Below, piece by piece: positions 58,899 through 64,000 of a DNA stretch of 64,000 nucleotides. The position numbers and the translations under genes were made by a program. Below the pieces are notes generated by a model. It had not been told where the DNA came from and ran no database searches. It saw only the letters and a list, made by a program, of their open reading frames with translations. The stretch is taken from assembly GCA_964252035.1 (NCBI GenBank), contig OZ176205.1. One strand, written 5' to 3'. Position 1 is the first letter of the stretch. Every line of letters starts with the position of its first letter. The DNA comes from Podarcis erhardii. Taxonomy: Eukaryota.

Positions 58899-60929
58899 TT
58901 AGTTACATATCAGAAAAAGAATTGTTACAGGGTTGAGAGATCTGTGTCTGCATTTCGTATCTTCACCCATCCTCTCTTTACTTGCTGCAACATACTCTTG
59001 CATTTCTTAGGCTGTAAGAATCCCATAATTTCTTGCTGCTTTCTTACATCTCCAGCATTCCAACAAAATGACTCTTGGCTAAATTTGTAGCATATTAAAG
59101 CAGCAATGCTAACCTTGTTGTCTAGATTTTTCTAGCACAAATATTACCAGCTTTCCTAGCACCTGACAACATCGTTACACCTTGACTTGTGTCTCACAAA
59201 CCTGTTCCATGTGAAGTCAAATTAATGGCATGTGTGCAGGTGCCAGATGCTCATTGCCAGAGTTCTGCTCAGGTGAATTTTTCAAATAGAGACCAATGGG
59301 AGATAAAATACTAAAATTCACATTTTCTCATTGCTTACTGTTTTGGAACATTTTTTAATGAAAGACACTATATAAACTTAGATGGAGCTGACTCATGTGG
59401 CAAGCTGACCAAACTTGCTTGAAACACTGCATCCCATCAGTGCTTGTTGATCCCTGAAGTGGATGCTGAGTCATTAAGCCCAGTGGCTGTTTATTTAGCC
59501 TTAATGTAGAAGAGGAGTAAGAACAGCACATTGTAGACAGGAAGCAGAGTATTCTCTGGAGGGGAATTTGTATGGTTTGGACCTCTGGCAGAATCTCTGC
59601 TTTGTTTGGGGTAGGTTGGCTTTAGATGAGTGCAACAGGATGCACCCAAGAATTTTACTAGGATCATTTTGTGATCTAGCTCTATTACAAACCTGCATAG
59701 TTAGAAAGCTGGAAAAAGACCTTGTTACTTGGGAATAACTCATACTAAATAAGCTGGGGCTAACCTGGGTTGTAAAAAAATATTAACTGTGTTATTATCT
59801 GTTCAGTCAGCTCCCTGAGCACTAAGGAATCAGTATTCTTATGTGCATGCCAGCATTTCATAACAGTTTATTTTGCTATGGTGCTATCCTCCATTGCAAT
59901 ACATTAACTTATAGAAATTGGCATATATGAAAACATAAAAACAAAAATGTAAAAATCCATTAGATAGCTATTGAAAGCCACTATAATTTCCTTAGGAGAG
60001 TTCCCCCCCACCCCTGAATTTTATTCCACTAATACAAGATGTACACCAATTTTTGGTGGCTTCTTCTGCGCTAGAGCCTTGAGATTTACTAGCCTGAACC
60101 AGTCATAAAAAGTGGAGCAGGGCTAGTTGGAATTATCTGCTGTCTCCTACAATGAGTCATACATTGGGACACACAGTTTACATAAGTTACTGCTTCACAG
60201 GATGTTCAACTGAAAATAGTGCTCAGAACACTTTCCCTTCTCCCCCTCCATTTTCAAAATAAAAAAAAAACCTACTTAAGGAAGAGCACGCCTCAATGGA
60301 ACTTTATTCTGAGTGAAATGCATAGGATTATACTCTCATTGTCTTCTTTCCCATCCATTATTCATCTTTAAATGAAAGGTCTGGCCTCTACCATTTTAGT
60401 AGGGAGCTCCAGCTAAGGTGGGAGTTGTACTGTAAAAGGTTTGCAGCATTAGAAGGAAATAGCCTTATGCCAAGTCAGACTTTTTCTCTTTTTCCTCCCC
60501 TCTCCCATTTACCATGCTGCTTGATAAAAGCTGCCTCCACTCAGGATATACACTCTTCACAGCCCTTCAAGCAGCCACACTTCTTTACTTTACTGTCTAA
60601 TGATAGATAGATCTTATAATCTTTGCATATTATATATTATCTGCCTTTTCCATTAACTTGCATAATTCTGCTTTCATAGTGTAAGTCTTTCCCTTGTTTA
60701 AATGTGGTTTGCAAAGCCAAACTCCTAACTCTTCTGCACCTTTTAACTTGTTGAAAAGCTCAGTGCCTGATAGTCTTGCCTCCTTATAGTCATAATTTTC
60801 GCAGTAGCTATTTGCAGTTGTCCCAGTTCTGAATTATAAGTAACCAAAACATACAGTATTTTTTTAACAACGTTTATTTGCCAATTTTCTGCCCACACAC
60901 CCAAGGCAGTTTGCAGATTCCACCTTTTT

Positions 60930-61225
60930 GGCACAATATAGAAATCCAGTCTTTAGTATTGTGGCACATACCTTTTGGAACTCCTTCTTGTTAAATATAT
61001 GTCACATACTGAAGACAGGCACCGTCACCATTGTCTTTTTGGCACATACTGAAGACCTTTCTTTCCAAACAAGTCTTTTGAGTAAAGATCTTTCCCAGAC
61101 TGCATCTGTATTGGAATTGTTTTTAGATGCTTTAATTGTTTTATTGCTTATGTGATCACTGCCCTGGAATCCCTTGGGAGGAAGAGTGGAATATATATCT
61201 AAAATACTACAACTACTAATGCTTT
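60930..61225 (+). mobile_element. Old L2 3' tail fragment
   Basis: gtctttagtattgtggcacataccttttggaactcc...ttttggcacatactgaagacctttc...cactgccctggaatccc..gggaggaagagtgg.atat, then a tandem-like tail. Confidence 0.6.
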
Positions 61226-61611
61226 GTAGACCTACCTGCTACCTAAATGTGAAGTGAAAGAAAATTAAGAAGAGAATCACCCATTCAGATATATTCACTC
61301 GTTATGAAAAGCACCAATTTTGAGTTGAAACAATTTATTTTTATTTATAAAAATTTTACAATAGTATCCAAACCTACTTTTTAAAATTAAGGAGGTAGCA
61401 TTATTTTGAGAATGCACAAAAGGGAAAAAATACCTCCAGTGAGAACAGGATCCAGTACACGATAGTCCTGATTTAGTGCTATGTCATGCATCACTTCTGG
61501 TTCTTGGTTAAAATGAGCTCTTTATTGTTTACTATAGTATCATGTTCCAAAAGCAGGTTCAGTGCTGAAAAGTCATGTGTACATCTTTAATAGCCAATCT
61601 AAACTAAACAT

Positions 61612-62049
61612 TGTAGCAGTCGTCACAACTTTGTAAGGTTTGGCAGTTAGGCACTGGTTGAACTTGTGTTGGGGGAGGTGAGGTGTGGCCATCACCTGCC
61701 CCTCCAATATTAAGGGTATTCCATTAAAGGAATCCGGGGGTGTGGATCTTGTCCGAAGCCCAGGGAGCGGCTAAGGCCATGCCATGACCCCATCAGGAAC
61801 CCAGGGGGAGCTCGAGTTGATTTTCATCAATGGGGCTCCCCCTATTGGTGGTTGACCCTTACAAGACTCACTGCATGGCAGGAAGGAGTCAGATATAGTC
61901 GGGTCAATTCCAATGCCTAAGCCAATACCAGTCACATTCTGTAACCAATAAAGTTGTGGCCAAAATTTGCCCAATAACCATTAACCTAATATCTGTGTCC
62001 TTGTGTCTTATTCATCATTGGGGGGGCGGGTGACCTCGGGGTCTTGACA
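61612..62049 (+). mobile_element. Solo-LTR-like insert (TG...CA, 438 bp) flanked by a 52-bp direct repeat
   Basis: Starts tgtagcag, ends cttgaca; AATAAA at 61947-61952 about 100 bp from the 3' end with a GT-rich tract after it; GC/CpG richer than flanks; no PBS, PPT or coding sequence; no 4-6 bp TSD at the TG/CA ends. Confidence 0.6.
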
Positions 62050-62843
62050 CGCAAACAGATTCAGTGCTGAAAAGTCATGTGTACATCTTGAATAGCCAAT
62101 CTAAACTTGAGTTTGTAGTACATCTGTACAAGAGTTGGAGTCCAATGCTCTGGTTATGGCATAGAGGTGGGTGTCTACAAATCTGCCTGTCTCTAGATTG
62201 CCACATTGCTGTTTGCTCCCTGGCTCAGTAGATAGAAACCACATTAGTCTACCAGGGGCTGCCTGTAACTGCACTACATAGGGTGGCATCTAATGTTGTG
62301 GAGTTGACTTATGGCATACTTGCCAAAATGGTTTCCCAGCCTTGATTGCACCGAATAGACCTGTTGCACATATGAGTAATGCAAGTAGCTCCCTCCTAAC
62401 ATGTAGAAAGTGCTGCAGGTCTTTAGTGAAAGCAATGTGGTTTATTGTTCAGGATATCCACTTGGTACACATCAGAAAGAGAAGCAAAGACGGAAGACAC
62501 TGTATGTAACAAAGAAACAATGGAGAAATAGATTCTCAAAGGTGCCTGTGTTTATTGAAACTCAGTCATTTTGGAAATAGAATTTTATTTTTCAGAGTCA
62601 ATCTGAATTTTTAGCTCTAGGATATTCCTGAATCAAAATAATGTGCTATAACATACAACCTAAAGAATGTATTTATGTAAGGTTTGTTGCCCTTTGTCTA
62701 ATTTCTAATTGTTATGCTGTAACTTAAATATACCAGTGCAAATTCATTCAATAATCATCTTGGTCCCTGAAGTCTTTGTTCATCAATACTATGGGGAAAA
62801 AATGAAGCAAGCTAACCCTTCCAATGTATTTTTTTCTTAACAG

Positions 62844-62907
62844 ATAATCTGATCAAAGCCATCTTGTCAGCAACCAAAGATTATCGTCTTACTCCAGCCC
62901 TTGACAG
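62844..62907 (+). CDS. ST3GAL3: ST3GAL3 coding exon, 64 nt, (D)NLIKAILSATKDYRLTPALD(S)
   Basis: Acceptor gtatttttttcttaacag|AT, donor CAG|gtgagt; peptide immediately preceding sialylmotif L. Confidence 0.98.
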
Positions 62908-63639
62908 GTGAGTAGATTCTTTTGGGAGCCTGAAGGAGCCCCTGGGAGTTGGTGGCCATTAATAAACTGCTTCCCTATGGGCTCTTGGCTTTGGAATAAA
63001 ACGAGGAGCTGGGAATGATGCTCCTGTTCCAATCCATGGGGTCTATAAAATAGTTTTTTTGACAGCTTCACACATTTTATTCTCTAGTGTTACCGCAATC
63101 TGCTTGATTCCCTACATTTCAAAATAAATAACTGACAATCTTTCAACAAATGCATTAACTTGTCACAACCTCCCCCAAGGTATCATTGTAAGGCAGCAGA
63201 ATTGCACAGTGTTTATTCAGACAAATATAAGGTTCAGCTTGTTCTCACTAACAGCTCCTCTTCTAAACCCTATGTTTATAGCTGTGGGGCAGTGGAGCTG
63301 ATAGCAAGATTGATTATGGAAATTTTTACCTGGCTTTCGGAGGCGTGAGCTGTTAATGCACATATTCATGGGAGCAGCAAACTTGGATGTAGTGGCAGAC
63401 ATGTTCATTTGTCGTCGTCCCCCTCCAATATTTTGCTTTTAATATAGAACATTCTTCACTAATCTATTGGCACATGGTGGAACCTCATACCTATTGTTGT
63501 TGTCTAATACTAGCTTAGCACCAAATTCTTGCTGTTTTCCTTTGCCTCAATTTCTTCTACTGAGCTTTGTACCTCACTAAACATATTTTACATTCTGAAT
63601 TGGCAAGAAAAATTGAGATAACTCTGTTCTGGGTCACCT

Positions 63640-63845
63640 GTCATAACCCATAGTTTAAAACAAACAGTGGTTTAGTGTGAACAGGCCGCATGTCCCATTT
63701 CTAGTGCTGCAGTTCCATGGATGAACCAAACCAGAATCTGGCATGTTGTGTTGCTCACACCCAGGAAAACCACAAGTGGTAAGCAAGGTTTGTTCTTGGC
63801 TTACCACTTGTGATTTCTTTGGAAGAAACAAGCCACAAACCTTGG
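63640..63845. repeat. Old palindromic interspersed repeat remnant
   Basis: aaacaagccacaaacc / ggtttgttcttggctt motifs and a 14-bp perfect stem at 63771-63812. Confidence 0.45.
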
Positions 63846-64000
63846 TAGAGATTAAACTGATAGAAGGGAAAGAGATAAGAGAGACTTGAGGAAGTATGCA
63901 ATGAATTAAGGCTACACAGACAGAGATTAAAGGTTAAATATGGAGTTCTACAGAATAGAGTTAACCCATCCTAAAATCAGAGAATTTTAAATAAATACTT

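Larger units (their letters stand above)
1..64000 (+). other. ST3GAL3: Internal portion of the ST3GAL3 gene body (4 coding exons, 3 complete GT-AG introns: 5212-17417, 17511-53506, 53602-62843; both ends of the gene lie outside the window)
   Basis: Four exons with canonical AG/GT boundaries and compatible phases (1-2, 2-2, 2-1, 1-2) join into one uninterrupted frame matching the vertebrate ST3Gal III stem region as I recall it (human EYDRLGFLLNLDSKLPAELATKYANFSEGACKPGYASALMTAIFPRFSKPAPMFLDDSFRKWARIREFVPPFGIKGQDNLIKAILSVTKEYRLTPALDS). Confidence 0.97.

Noticed and set aside
1-64000. Prokaryote-type features (CRISPR arrays, operons, rRNA or tRNA genes) or an inserted foreign multi-gene system
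   Set aside because: None seen; composition, splice structure and repeats are consistent with a squamate intron-rich locus. The tRNA-like box at about 5925-5935 belongs to a SINE head.

Overview
Vertebrate genomic DNA, almost certainly a squamate reptile and probably a lacertid lizard, judged from the Sauria-SINE and MITE subfamilies (inference, not a database result). The window lies inside one + strand gene, ST3GAL3 (CMP-sialic acid:beta-galactoside alpha-2,3-sialyltransferase 3). Four small coding exons were found by splice sites and translation, none of them in the ORF track: 5169-5211 (43 nt), 17418-17510 (93 nt), 53507-53601 (95 nt) and 62844-62907 (64 nt). They splice in frame to (E/K)YDKLGFLLQLDSRL-PPELASKYANISEGVCKPGYASALMTAIFPK-FSKPAPMFLDDSFRKWARIRDFVPPFGIKGQ-DNLIKAILSATKDYRLTPALDS, the stem region just before sialylmotif L. 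The start-codon exon and the catalytic exons lie outside the window. The rest is intron (12.2, 36.0 and 9.2 kb) holding decayed L2, CR1 and RTE LINE fragments, Sauria and MIR-like SINEs, several Tc1/mariner- and hAT-derived MITEs, one LTR-like insert, microsatellites and a 163-N gap. All listed ORFs are TE remnants or chance ORFs. I found no convincing novel multi-gene system. The best second-look items are an LTR-like insert flanked by a 52-bp duplication, a candidate poison microexon behind a 120-nt AG-free zone, a SINE junction built from templated local copies, hairpin-driven mutations in MITEs, and a homeodomain-type motif cluster.
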